Source of the DNA: Octopus vulgaris
Lineage: Eukaryota
Assembly (NCBI GenBank): GCA_951406725.2
Contig: OX597815.1
Span: forward strand, 69,750,001-69,814,000
Length of the DNA stretch: 64,000 bases
Direction of reading: 5' to 3'
This document shows, piece by piece, positions 53,662-64,000 of the stretch (the stretch's first letter is position 1; every line of letters starts with the position of its first letter). The notes beneath the pieces are model-generated. The model did no database searches and was not told where the DNA came from. It was given only the letters and a program-made list of their open reading frames with translations. Both the position numbers and the translations under genes were made by a program.

Positions 53662-55957
53662 GTGGGTGTGTGGAAGTGTGTGTATGTGCATGTGTGTGCG
53701 CGTACATACAGGTGTGTGAGTGAGTGTGTGTGTGTGTGTATGTATGTGTGAGTGTGTATGTATGTGTGTGTAAGATGCATGTATGTGTATGGGTGTATGT
53801 ATGTGTGTGTGTATGTATGTATGTGTACGTGCGTGTGTGTTTGTGTATGCGTGTAGGTGTGCGCGTGTGCATGCATGCATGCATGTGCGTATGTGTGTGT
53901 GTGTGCATGTGTGTGGGTATATATGTATGTGCGTATATGTGTGTGTATGTGCGTACATGTGTGTGTGTGTATGCATGTGTGTGTATGTAGGTGTGTAGGC
54001 GTGTGTGTATAGGTGTATGTATGTAAGTATGTATGGGTGTGTCCGTGTATGTGTGTGTATGTATTTGTGTGTATGTAGGTGTGTGGGCGTGTGTATATGT
54101 GTGTATGTAGGTGTGTGGGCGTGTGTATATAGGTGTATGTATGTATGTCTGGGTGTGTCCGTGCATGTTTGTGTGTGTGTGTGTATGCATGTGTATGTAG
54201 GTGTGTGTGTACGTGTGTAATGTATGTGTGTATGCGTGTGTGTGCGTGTGTATGCGTGCGTGTGTGTATGTAGGTGCGTGTGTATGTGTGTGGGAGTGTA
54301 GGTGTGTGTGTGCGTGTGCGTGTTTATGTTGGTGTGTGCGTATGTGAGTGTGAGTGTATGGGTGTTTGTCATGCATGTGTGTGCGCGTGCAGGTGAGTGT
54401 GTGTGTAAGTATGTGTGTGTGTATGTTTGTGTGAGTGTGTATGTGTGTATGTCTGTGTGTATGTATGTGCGTATAGGAGTATGTAGGTATGTGTGTGTGT
54501 ATGTGTATGGGTGTATGTATGTATGTGTGTGTGCATGTGTATAAGTATATGTGTGTGTGCGTATGTGTGTGTATGTGTATGTGTGTGTGTGCATGTATGT
54601 GTGTATGTATGTGTGTAGGCGTGTGTGTGTAGATGTATGTATGTATGGGTGTATGTCTGTGTGTGTTTGTGTGTGTGTGTAGGTAGGTGTGTGTGTCTGA
54701 GTGAGGGTATGGCTGTGTAGGTGTGTGTGTGTGTATGAATGTAAGTGTGTGTGTGTACAAGTGTATGTAGGTGTGTGTGTGTGTGTATGTGTACGTGTGC
54801 GTGTGTATGTGTGTGTGTGTATGCGTGTGAGTGTGAGTGTATGGGTGTATGTCTGTGTGTGTGTATGTCTGAAGTAGGTATGTGTGTGTATGTATGTATG
54901 TATGTGTGTGTGCGGGTATATGTGTGTATGTGTGTGTGTGAGTAGGTGTGCGTGTATGTATGTGGGTAGGGATGCATGCGAGTGTGTGGGTATGTATGCA
55001 TACATACGCACGCGCACATCCGAAGCAAGCCCACACACACGAAGCGCGCTCACGCACACAACGCACAAGCAGTACAACGCAAGCCCAAGGGGCCGACCAA
55101 GCCCCCAGCGCGCGCCAAGGCGCGCGAGCGCAAAGGCTCTCGAACGCCCCGCTACGCGGGAACCGAGGATCCATCAGCCAAAACCGGAAAGCAGAAAAGA
55201 GGGGGGCTGCCTGGATGCAAAAAGGTGTATGTGTGTGTGCATTCAGTGTAAGGGTGTGCATGTGTGGGTATGTACGTATGTGTGTGCCTACATGTATGTG
55301 TGCATGTGTGTGTGTGTGAAGTATGTACGTGCGGTGTGTGTGTGTGTGTGTGTGTGTTTGTATGTGCGTATGTATGTGTGTATGTATGTGTGTGTGTATG
55401 TATGTCTGTGTGTGTGTGTGTGTGTGTAAGTGTGTGTGTGTGTGTGTATGTATGTATGTGTGTGTGTATGTGCATGTTGGTTTGTATGTTAGTGTGTGTA
55501 TGTGCATGTTGGTTTGTATGTTAGTGTGTGCATGTATGTCTATAAGTGTGTGTGATTAAATGTGTGAATGTATGTACGTAGATGGGGCTACGTATGTGTG
55601 TGTGTGAACAGGCGTGTGGGAGGTAGGTGGGTGGGTGTGTGTGTGTGGTGTATCCGGGAAAAAAAAAAAAAGGGGATCTCAAGAGGAGGGGGCTGTGTTA
55701 AGTCCGTGTGGGGTGGTAGTTTGTAGGGTGAAGATGTAGCGTTGCTCCAAGTGGAGCCTGGAAAGTGGGCGACCATTGTGGGGGGCGAGACCAAACACTG
55801 AGATGTCATCTAGGGAATGGCCGGCCGAGCGGAAGTGGCGTGCGACGGGAGAAAAAGAGTGTAGGCGAACGTCCCTCAAGTGTTCAGTGAAACGGTCGGA
55901 CAACCGGCGTCCCGTCTGTCCTACATACAGCATCCCGCATAGGTTGCATTTAATGCA

Positions 55958-56006
<49 letters not shown>

Positions 56007-56215
56007 TAATCCAAACAAGAAAACAAAAAAAAACACAACAACGCAAGGATGTGGAACAAATAAAGTATTATTGGACGCTCAGGAAAGAAGGGAATAAGGA
56101 GGGTTTAACGTTTCGAGCGGAGCTCTTCGTCGGAAACATAGGAGAAGGAAGATCCCGAGAAGGGAAGACAGAGGTGGTACTCACGAGGTCACATACTGAA
56201 AGACGGAAGTAGTAA
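52636..56215 (-). mobile_element. Penelope-like element remnant: pLTR end, (TA)n, GIY-YIG fragment, ~2.7 kb CA-rich tract, second pLTR end
   Basis: Homologous hammerhead-bearing termini at 56000-56210 and 52640-52860 in the same orientation as the GIY-YIG ORF; junctions lie in (TA)n. Confidence 0.7.
55679..55963 (-). pseudogene. PLE GIY-YIG endonuclease domain (5'-truncated)
   Basis: IYCIKCNLCGMLYVGQTGRRLSDRFTEHLRDV...VARHFRSAGHS...LEQRYIFTLQTTTPHGLN: GIY/YIG equivalents, CxxC, catalytic R, E and terminal GLN. Confidence 0.88.
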
Positions 56216-56217
56216 GG

Positions 56218-56279
<62 letters not shown>

Positions 56280-57176
56280 GGAGAGAGACAGACAGATAGA
56301 GACTAAGAGAGGAACAGAGAGAGAAAGAAACATAAATAGAAAGACGTGTGTTTACTCTCATAAATACACAGACAGGTGCTCACGCACACAAACACTCACA
56401 CACTTATTTATGTGTGCATGTGTGTGTGTGTGTGTATGTATGTGTGTGTGTATATGTGTGTGAAACAGTTGAGTTGTTTGAAGTATCGTTAAATAAAAAG
56501 CCAATGCTAAAGCAATAAAAGCTAATTTATTTGATATTTCAACCACAAGAGCCCCTAACCACGAATACTTTAATAAGACAACACAATAGAGAGCCGCCGT
56601 TATAAGAGACAATGAGTTAGAAATACCAAGTTCAAATCCACCATTGAAAGGACATACATACACTTCACCGCTCACAGCGATTGTTAAACTCACAGCAGTT
56701 GTTAAGCTCTGGTTTAAGGCAACTCATGAAAATTACCTTCTTTAATTCTAAAATTACAGACTTTGATTGATTACAACTGCCACCTTCTTGTTAAGATATT
56801 TGTCTAAATGTTGTTGTTGCTGTTCATGTTCTTGTTCTTGTTTGTTTAAACAAAAATCAAGACGCATTCTATAAAGATTTTCTTTTGTGCGTTATTCCAC
56901 TAACAAGAGCAAGAATGACATGTTTGTGTGTGTGTAAGTGTGTGTGTGTGTGTGTGTGTCTGTGTGTGAGTGTGTGTATGTGTGTGTGTGCGTGCGCGTG
57001 TGCCTGTGCGTGTTTTCTATGCAGAAATATATCTATAGGTACATACACACATGCTTATATACATATACATATACATATACATACATATATACATACATAT
57101 ATATATATTACAGAGATGTACTTGCATAGCAAGTGACCTGATCTCAGATGGTGTGCTGGAACGAAAACAATTATGC

Positions 57177-57207
<31 letters not shown>

Positions 57208-57208
57208 C

Positions 57209-57262
<54 letters not shown>

Positions 57263-57281
57263 ATGTATGCATATATATATG

Positions 57282-57334
<53 letters not shown>

Positions 57335-57380
57335 ATATGTATATGCATATAAGCATGTGTGTATGTACGTATAGATACAT

Positions 57381-57447
<67 letters not shown>

Positions 57448-57466
57448 CATATATAATATGCATATA

Positions 57467-57897
57467 GGCGCAGGAGTGGCTGAGTGGTAAGTAGCTTGCT
57501 TACCAACCACATGGTTCCGGGTTCAGTCCCACAGCGTGGCACCTTGAGCAAGTGTCTTCTACTAGAGCCTCGGGCTGACCAAAGCCTTGTGAGTGGATTT
57601 GGTAGATGGTAACTGGAAGAAGTCCGTCTCATACATAAATATATGTGTTTGTGTGCGTGCGTGTGTGTGTGTGTGTGTATATGTTTGTGTGTCTGTGTTT
57701 GCCCCCCACACACACACACAACATCGCTTGACAACCGATGCTGGTGTGTTTACGTCCTCGTAACTTAGCGGTTCGGCAAAAGAGACCGATAGAATAAATA
57801 CTAGGCTTACAAAGAATAAGTCCTGGGGTCGATTTGCTCGCGGTGCTCCAGCATGGCCACAGTCAAATTACTAAAACAAGTAAAAGAATAAAAGAAT
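57467..57897 (+). mobile_element. Family A CORE-type SINE, full length
   Basis: GGCGCAGGAGTGGCTGAGTGGTAAG (A-box), GGTTCAGTCCC (B-box), CACCTTGAGCAAGTGTCTTC, and tail. Confidence 0.92.
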
Positions 57898-57977
57898 ATA
57901 TATATATATATTGGATCGGTAGAGTCATCTGGCAGTATGTATTCTTGGGAAGTTCTAATTGTTAATTCTTACCTGTA

Positions 57978-58064
57978 TTCACCTGATGAAGACGGGGTTT
58001 TTTTTCGCATGATGTAAAACTTCTGTTCATCAATGAAAAACACGTCTGAAACAGCTGTGGTGAA
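57978..58064 (+). ncRNA. Type I hammerhead ribozyme motif with a non-permissive GUG cleavage site
   Basis: TTCAC-CTGATGA-AGACG...CGTCT-GAAA-CAGCTG-TG-GTGAA: stems I and II perfect, palindromic stem III. Confidence 0.7.
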
Positions 58065-58710
58065 CCACAATCCATCTGTTATTGTTTATATATATATATA
58101 AAGTGTATCTCTACTGATTTTCGATAGAATATAGACCCAGTACTGAACGTTACGTTCTGTATACCAATATGTGAGCAATGCAATCGAAACAGAAAAATAA
58201 TTAATGAGTTCATATAAATATTTCAGGAGTTGTTGCTCCTTCTCAGCGTCACTTCCAACTCATTAGCTTTTAACGAATATTTTGCTTAAATAGCCAGTAA
58301 CTTTAGCGGTGTAACACTTTTGGATAGACCAATTTTACACATTAAACACATTCTTGGCATATTTGATAACTGTTTGACTCAGTAAACTACGACATAAAGT
58401 TTCCTAGGTCCGTTCTATGAGCCTACGGAACTTCAAGTTGGGTCAACCTTTTATCAAATGATATATGTAACTCCTACCAGTTGTGTTGCGTACCACTTTC
58501 TTTCGTTTGTCCATTCAACGTTAATGTCATATCGTCTGAAGAAATGAACGCATGAATATGAGCCACCCGATGTCCATGGATACTACCGACTGTACTCTAA
58601 TGATCCCAGGAATATGGACTATAATCGTAAGAAACATGTGATCTGTAGAAACGCGTGTAGGGATATAAAAGTATTTATAAATTCCATCCATGGATTATTA
58701 TTATTATTAT

Positions 58711-60330
58711 TCAGTAGTTTTATTTTTATAATGTGCTTTCAATTCACTACCGAGCGCAGCTCTGTGTGCCTTAGGTATGTGCTGTGATTTGTTGTGATAC
58801 TCTGATGGTTATTGTATGGAAAGTGTTCTGCGTAGGATGTGTGCAGTGCCTAGTAGTGCAATTTTCTGTATGTTATATGTGTTTGTAAGTCCTGGTGTTT
58901 TTGTTATGTATTTGTCTGAATATTTTTTTATCATGCCTAATGCACCTACTATGATAGGAATTGTTTCTGTTTTTAGATTCCACATTCTGGTTACCTCTAT
59001 TTCCAGGTCTTTGTATTTTGAAAGTTTCTCCAATTCTTTTAGAGACACGTTGTCATCTGCTGGTATTGATACATCAATTTGAAAGCATTTTTTTTTTCAT
59101 GATCTCTGACAACTATATCTGGTCTGTTGGTCTTAATTTCTCTATCTGTGTGTATCGGCATATCCCAGAGTATGGTTGCTTTCTCGTTTTCTGTGACCTT
59201 TTCTGGTGTGTGTCTATACCATCTTTTTTCTGTTGTTATTCCATAATGTTGGCATAGCTTCCAGTGTACATAGGTTCCAACTCTGTCATGTCTTTGAATA
59301 TATTCCCTCTTAGCCAGGACTGGGCAGCCAGAGATAATATGATTTATTGTTTCTTGTCCATCTCCACATATTCTGCAGTTACTAGTTATATTTCTTTTCA
59401 TTACATGTTTTTGGTAATTTCTGGTGGGGATTCTTTGGTTTTGTGCTGCAATTAAAAATCCCTCTGTCTCTGCTTTGAGTCCTGAGCTTCTCAACCATTG
59501 CTGGGATTTTTCTTTGTCTATTTCTTTTGCATTTAGTTTAGTCTAGTATTTACCATGAAGGGGCTTTTCTTGCCATCGTTTTATCATGGTTCGTTGCTAT
59601 TCTATTTTTAGTTTGGATTTCATTTGTTTCATAGTTTTTTGTTGTTTCTTCATCTTCTTCTTCTTTTTATTCATATTTATTAGGTGGTATGATTTCTTGT
59701 TTGTATTTGTCAGCTTCCTTAAATACTGAGAACAGTTTTTTGTTTTGCTCGTGTTTTGCCGCTATTTGTATCATTTTTCCTTCCTTCTGAAGTAGATATT
59801 TTTGAAGTCCTATGGTGGTTATTTTATAGTAGTTTTCCAGATGTATAAGGCCTCTACCACCTTCTATACGTTGTATATATAGTCTTTCTATGTCAGATTT
59901 TGGGTGATGCATCCTAGATCCTGTCATTATTTTTCTTGTTTTCCTATCTATTTCGGTCAGTTCATTTAGTGTCCAGTTAAGGATATTGTAGCTGTAACTT
60001 ATAACTGGGACAGCTAAAGTGTTAATACATATTATCTTGTTTTTAGCATCGAGCTCTGTTTTTAGTATTGATCTAACTCGTCTATAATATTCTTTTTTTA
60101 TTTTCTCTTTCATTTATGTGTGTTGTGTCTTATCTAGTTCATGGATTCCTAAGTATTTGTAAGTTTGGCTTTGGTCTAATTCTTTTATTTCATTGGTTTT
60201 ATCTAGTGTGATGTTGCTACTCTTAACTAGTTTTTCTCTTTTCATGGTTACTTTGGCGCATTTTTCTAATCCAAATTTCATATCTATTTCTTTGGTAAAT
60301 CCATGAACTGTCTTTAATAGTGTTTCCATT
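58711..60330 (-). mobile_element. 5'-truncated Dong/R4-clade non-LTR retrotransposon (RT C-terminus, CCHC finger, restriction-like endonuclease)
   Basis: MKFGLEKC, YKYLG, RLY..R.EGGRGL, CRICGDGQETINHIISGC, RHD, NRPDIV..IDV, EKLSKYKDL; few stops or frameshifts; flanked by (TTA)n at both ends. Confidence 0.92.
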
Positions 60331-60334
60331 AGTG

Positions 60335-60380
<46 letters not shown>

Positions 60381-61265
60381 GTATTGTGTGCGCGTGTGCG
60401 CGTGCGTATTACGTATTTCATCATCGCGCACTTGCACACACATATGTTTATATGTATCTATTTATGTATGTGCGTGTATGTAAGGATTGTAGTTGTATGT
60501 CAACCACATTTGGATTTTAAATTTGATCGGTTTAGCTTAGAATGATATAAGAATTCGAGACCCCCGTCTCAGAAAAAAATCGATTCAACTAATTGTATGT
60601 TAAGCTGTGCATTGTTGAAACCCAATAGTGTACATTGACCTTTTAGGTGATCAATATGCACCAACTTCATTGAAACTGCCAAGTTCAATGAAATTGCGTG
60701 ATGTCATAACCATAATGTTTTGTTTATTTGTTTGGTTTTTCTTTTTCTATTTTTCTTTCTTTTCTTTTTTTTTTGGCAACGTCTTTTCTTCCTGTCAGAT
60801 TCTGGCGACTATAATTTTCTTTACAAAGACGAACAATTATATCAAGCATCCATTCTCAAACGAAACAATCACTATTTTTTTTTCTTTCTACAAATACCAA
60901 TACATAGTCATCTTGTTCGTTATCTATCTATCGTTTGTTATCTAACTATCGTTATCTATAGTTACCTATTGTTATCCATTGTTATCCATCGATATCTATC
61001 GTTATCTCCCATTGTCTATCCTTATCCCTTGTTATATCTTTATCTGTCGCTCGTTACCCACCCTATCGTTATCTATTGTTATCGATCATTATCTCTCATT
61101 ATCTCACGTTATATGTATTGTTGTCTATCGTTATCCATCACTATTTCTTGATACCCCTAGTTATGTTTTTTATCTATCTGTTCGTTATCTACCGTTATCT
61201 GTCGTCACGTCACAAATCGTTATCTTTCGTTATCTATCTGTTGTTCGTTATTCATCGTTATCATA

Positions 61266-61689
61266 TCTATAAAAGGGAGGAAATGTGTGCGTGTGTGTGT
61301 GTGTGTGTGTGTATACGTGATTGTAATTTATGCACGTCCACAAATTAGCACGCATGTCGCACAAATTTTAGGAGGACATTCGTCAACACCCTATCTGGGT
61401 TTTGTCAACTTATTTTTTACCGAGGCACCTGTGGATAGTGTAAAAATCTATTTTCAACCATTTTCAACCATAGCTTTTAACCATAACAAATATCAGCCAT
61501 TGCTTTTTGATAGCGTCTAACAAAAAAAAAGATAAAGAAAAGTGGAAGAAGGAGGCAGAGAGTTTGCCGGGAAAGACAAAGTGAGAGGGGGGAGAGAGAG
61601 AGCCATTGCTTTTTTGATGGCGTCTAACAAAAAAATATAAGATAAAGAAAAGTGGAAGAAGGAGGCAGAGAGTTTCATGGGAAAGACAA

Positions 61690-61723
<34 letters not shown>

Positions 61724-62303
61724 AGTGACTACGTTCATAAATAATAAAATGTAAAATGTTTTGTTTTTTGTTTTTGAAAGGCACACTATATTTTATAATC
61801 ATAGTATATATACTTTCTCACACAACAATTACAAAATATTTATTTTAAATCATTTATTTATTTTAAATCGTTCATCTTTCTCCCCACTCTCTTTCTCACA
61901 CACATTACTTTGGGTGCGAAAGAGTTTTATTTTATTTTACGCCGAATAAAAAAGTGTTTTGTTGACAATCCATTTATTTAACAACAAAGAAACAAAGAGG
62001 TGAGTAACAGTTTGTCAGCGACTTACACAATATAAATGGGTACAATTTGCGAGGCTTCCGCCACACGCCACTCCGTTTCACGGACCACAAAAAGGGTTTT
62101 GAGGACAGAGTAGTTGATTCCAAGCAAAAAAACCGATTTTTTTTCTTAGTGAAAATTGTGCGAGTGTTAATCTACAAATTTAACAACATTTTTTCCATTC
62201 ATTTCTGTTTATGAACATGTATGCGTGCGCAAAACATGCAATAAGTGTACGTACGTACGTGTGTGTATGTGTGTTCGTGTCTGTTGCCCATATATATTTA
62301 TAT

Positions 62304-62345
<42 letters not shown>

Positions 62346-62477
62346 TATAATATAACTAATTTCAACGGATTTCGCCCAAATTTGACGTCTATATTACTTA
62401 GTTTGGTTTGAAATAAAGAACTTGATTAGCTTAATAATCGTAACTTAATCCCGGGCAAGGCCGGGTTATACTGCTAG
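61266..62477 (+). mobile_element. Non-autonomous Helitron (~1.2 kb)
   Basis: A|TCTATAAAAGGG...(GT)n 5' end; 3' hairpin CCCGGGCAAGGCCGGG then CTAG|T at 62474-62477; internal ~107 bp tandem duplication near 61496-61700. Confidence 0.75.
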
Positions 62478-62971
62478 TATGTACTATGTTTCCTTCACAT
62501 TCTCCTTCTCTAACTCTTGTCTCTTAAGATTTCTTTGTTCGTCATCAATCGTTATCTATCAACGTTATCTATTGTTATCTATTTATCGTTTCTCTTTATC
62601 ATTATCTATCTATCTATCAATCTATCTATCTATCTATCTCATCTATATATATATCTATATATCTATCTATCGTTATCTTACATTGACATCCTTCTCTCCG
62701 TCTTTCTTCTCCTTTCCTATTTCTGTCTCTGTCACTTTTCTACTCCTTTCACCGTGTCTCCAGTTACCCAATTTACGGTAGAACCAATATATAGCCCCAT
62801 ACCAGCAGTACAAATCGTTTCATTTCCATCAACTAAATTGTCGGAAAACCTCATTACACGCGACGGAAGTAAGTCACACAGACCAGAATTATTCTGAACT
62901 ACAGTTTAACATATCTATTACAGGTCTTCCCATTCTCAGTCTTGTTTTCTCTATATCTTCTATAATAATGA

Positions 62972-62982
<11 letters not shown>

Positions 62983-63065
<83 letters not shown>
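62983..63065. repeat. (TAA)n microsatellite
   Basis: Direct reading. Confidence 0.95.
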
Positions 63066-63614
63066 TAACGTATGAATAATGACTGAGTATTCTACAAAAT
63101 ACAGGGACTCTTAACGTATTTCTCAGGCACGATCAGCGTGAATAAAGTGTACGACAAAGCGAAGGTAAAATCCATCCTACAGGCTTCTTTACAGTTTCCC
63201 TCCGCTCAATTTCCCTCAAATGCATGAGCCGAGTTCAATTCAAAGAAAATATCACTTGCCTCAGGTACAACGAGGTGACATCGAATCCAGCACCACGTGA
63301 CTGCGAGTGGAACTGTAGTGTGCCTCACTGCAACGGAATGCAACGGAACATAGCATGAAATAAAGCACGAAGCTGTGCAGAAACTTCTTAGTTATTAGAC
63401 TTATTCAATGTAGTGGCTAAATCTCACTTAATAAAGTTCCTAGCGTCGAGAAGACACGGGAAGACGAACACTCACCGAGTCATAGCGCGAAAGAAAGGAA
63501 GAAAAGAACTTTCATCTATTCATAAACAATAAGAAAAGAGTCCGACATCGGGGACTTTTACGATAAAAAGATTATATATATATATATACGCATGTATATA
63601 TACTAATTTCAAAC

Positions 63615-63817
63615 TTTGGCACAAGGCCAGCAATTTTTGGAGAGGGGTTTCTCGATTACATCGACCTCAATACTTGACTGGTTCTTATTTTATCGACCCC
63701 GAAAAGGTAAACGGCAAAGTCGACTTCGGCGGAATTTCAACTCAGAACGTAAAAACTGACGAAATGTCGTCAAGCGTTTTGCCCGGAGTGCTAACGATTT
63801 TGCCAGCTGGCCACCTT
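63615..63817 (-). mobile_element. SINE family C
   Basis: TTTATCGACCCCGAAAAGG...AAAGTCGACTTCGGCGGAATTTCAACTCAGAACG...TTTTGCCAGCTGGCCACCTT. Confidence 0.85.
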
Positions 63818-64000
63818 ACACAGATACATATTATATGCATATATACGTACATAGATGTGTGTGTGTGAGTGTGCATGTGTGTGTGTGTGCGTGTGTGCGT
63901 GCGTGCGCAATTGTAAGTATATGTATACATATGTATGTGTACATTTAATCTTGGTTATTTTAGGAATTTAATGATATCTTCCGTACTCACAAGATAAACT

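Noticed and set aside
53318-55507. 729-aa His/Thr-rich ORF and overlapping long ORFs
   Set aside because: Translation of a degenerate (CA)/(CATA) tract that lacks stops by composition; no domain signal
56358-56693. Hydrophobic 111-aa ORF as a membrane protein
   Set aside because: Non-ATG start, runs into a microsatellite, and has no convincing splice sites or recognisable family

Overview
AT-rich, microsatellite-dense eukaryotic DNA. The SINE families present resemble those described from Octopus, so this is probably an octopod cephalopod intron or intergenic region (inference). I can support no intact host protein-coding gene; almost all long ORFs in the track are translations of (TA)n/(CA)n/(TATG)n repeats. 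The window is a mosaic of mobile DNA: three tRNA-headed SINE families, CR1-group, RTE and Dong/R4 LINE fragments, a LINE ORF1-like relic, and Penelope-like element (PLE) pieces (RT relic, GIY-YIG endonuclease, pLTR-like repeats). It also holds a Helitron RepHel relic, non-autonomous Helitrons and a Helentron-type HINE, a fold-back mariner, a hAT MITE and several long palindromes, one enclosing (TTAGGG)n. Two signals stand out. (1) About ten PLE-type minimal hammerhead ribozyme motifs from several repeat families are present, one fully canonical at 40649-40731. (2) Two patches inside a PLE copy (about 53341-53500 and 55005-55200) look T>C hypermutated (A>G on the element's sense strand) with an ADAR-like neighbour bias, suggesting A-to-I hyper-edited RNA written back into the genome. 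One 93-bp candidate exon with strong splice sites lies on the minus strand. Boundaries were read by eye and are approximate.
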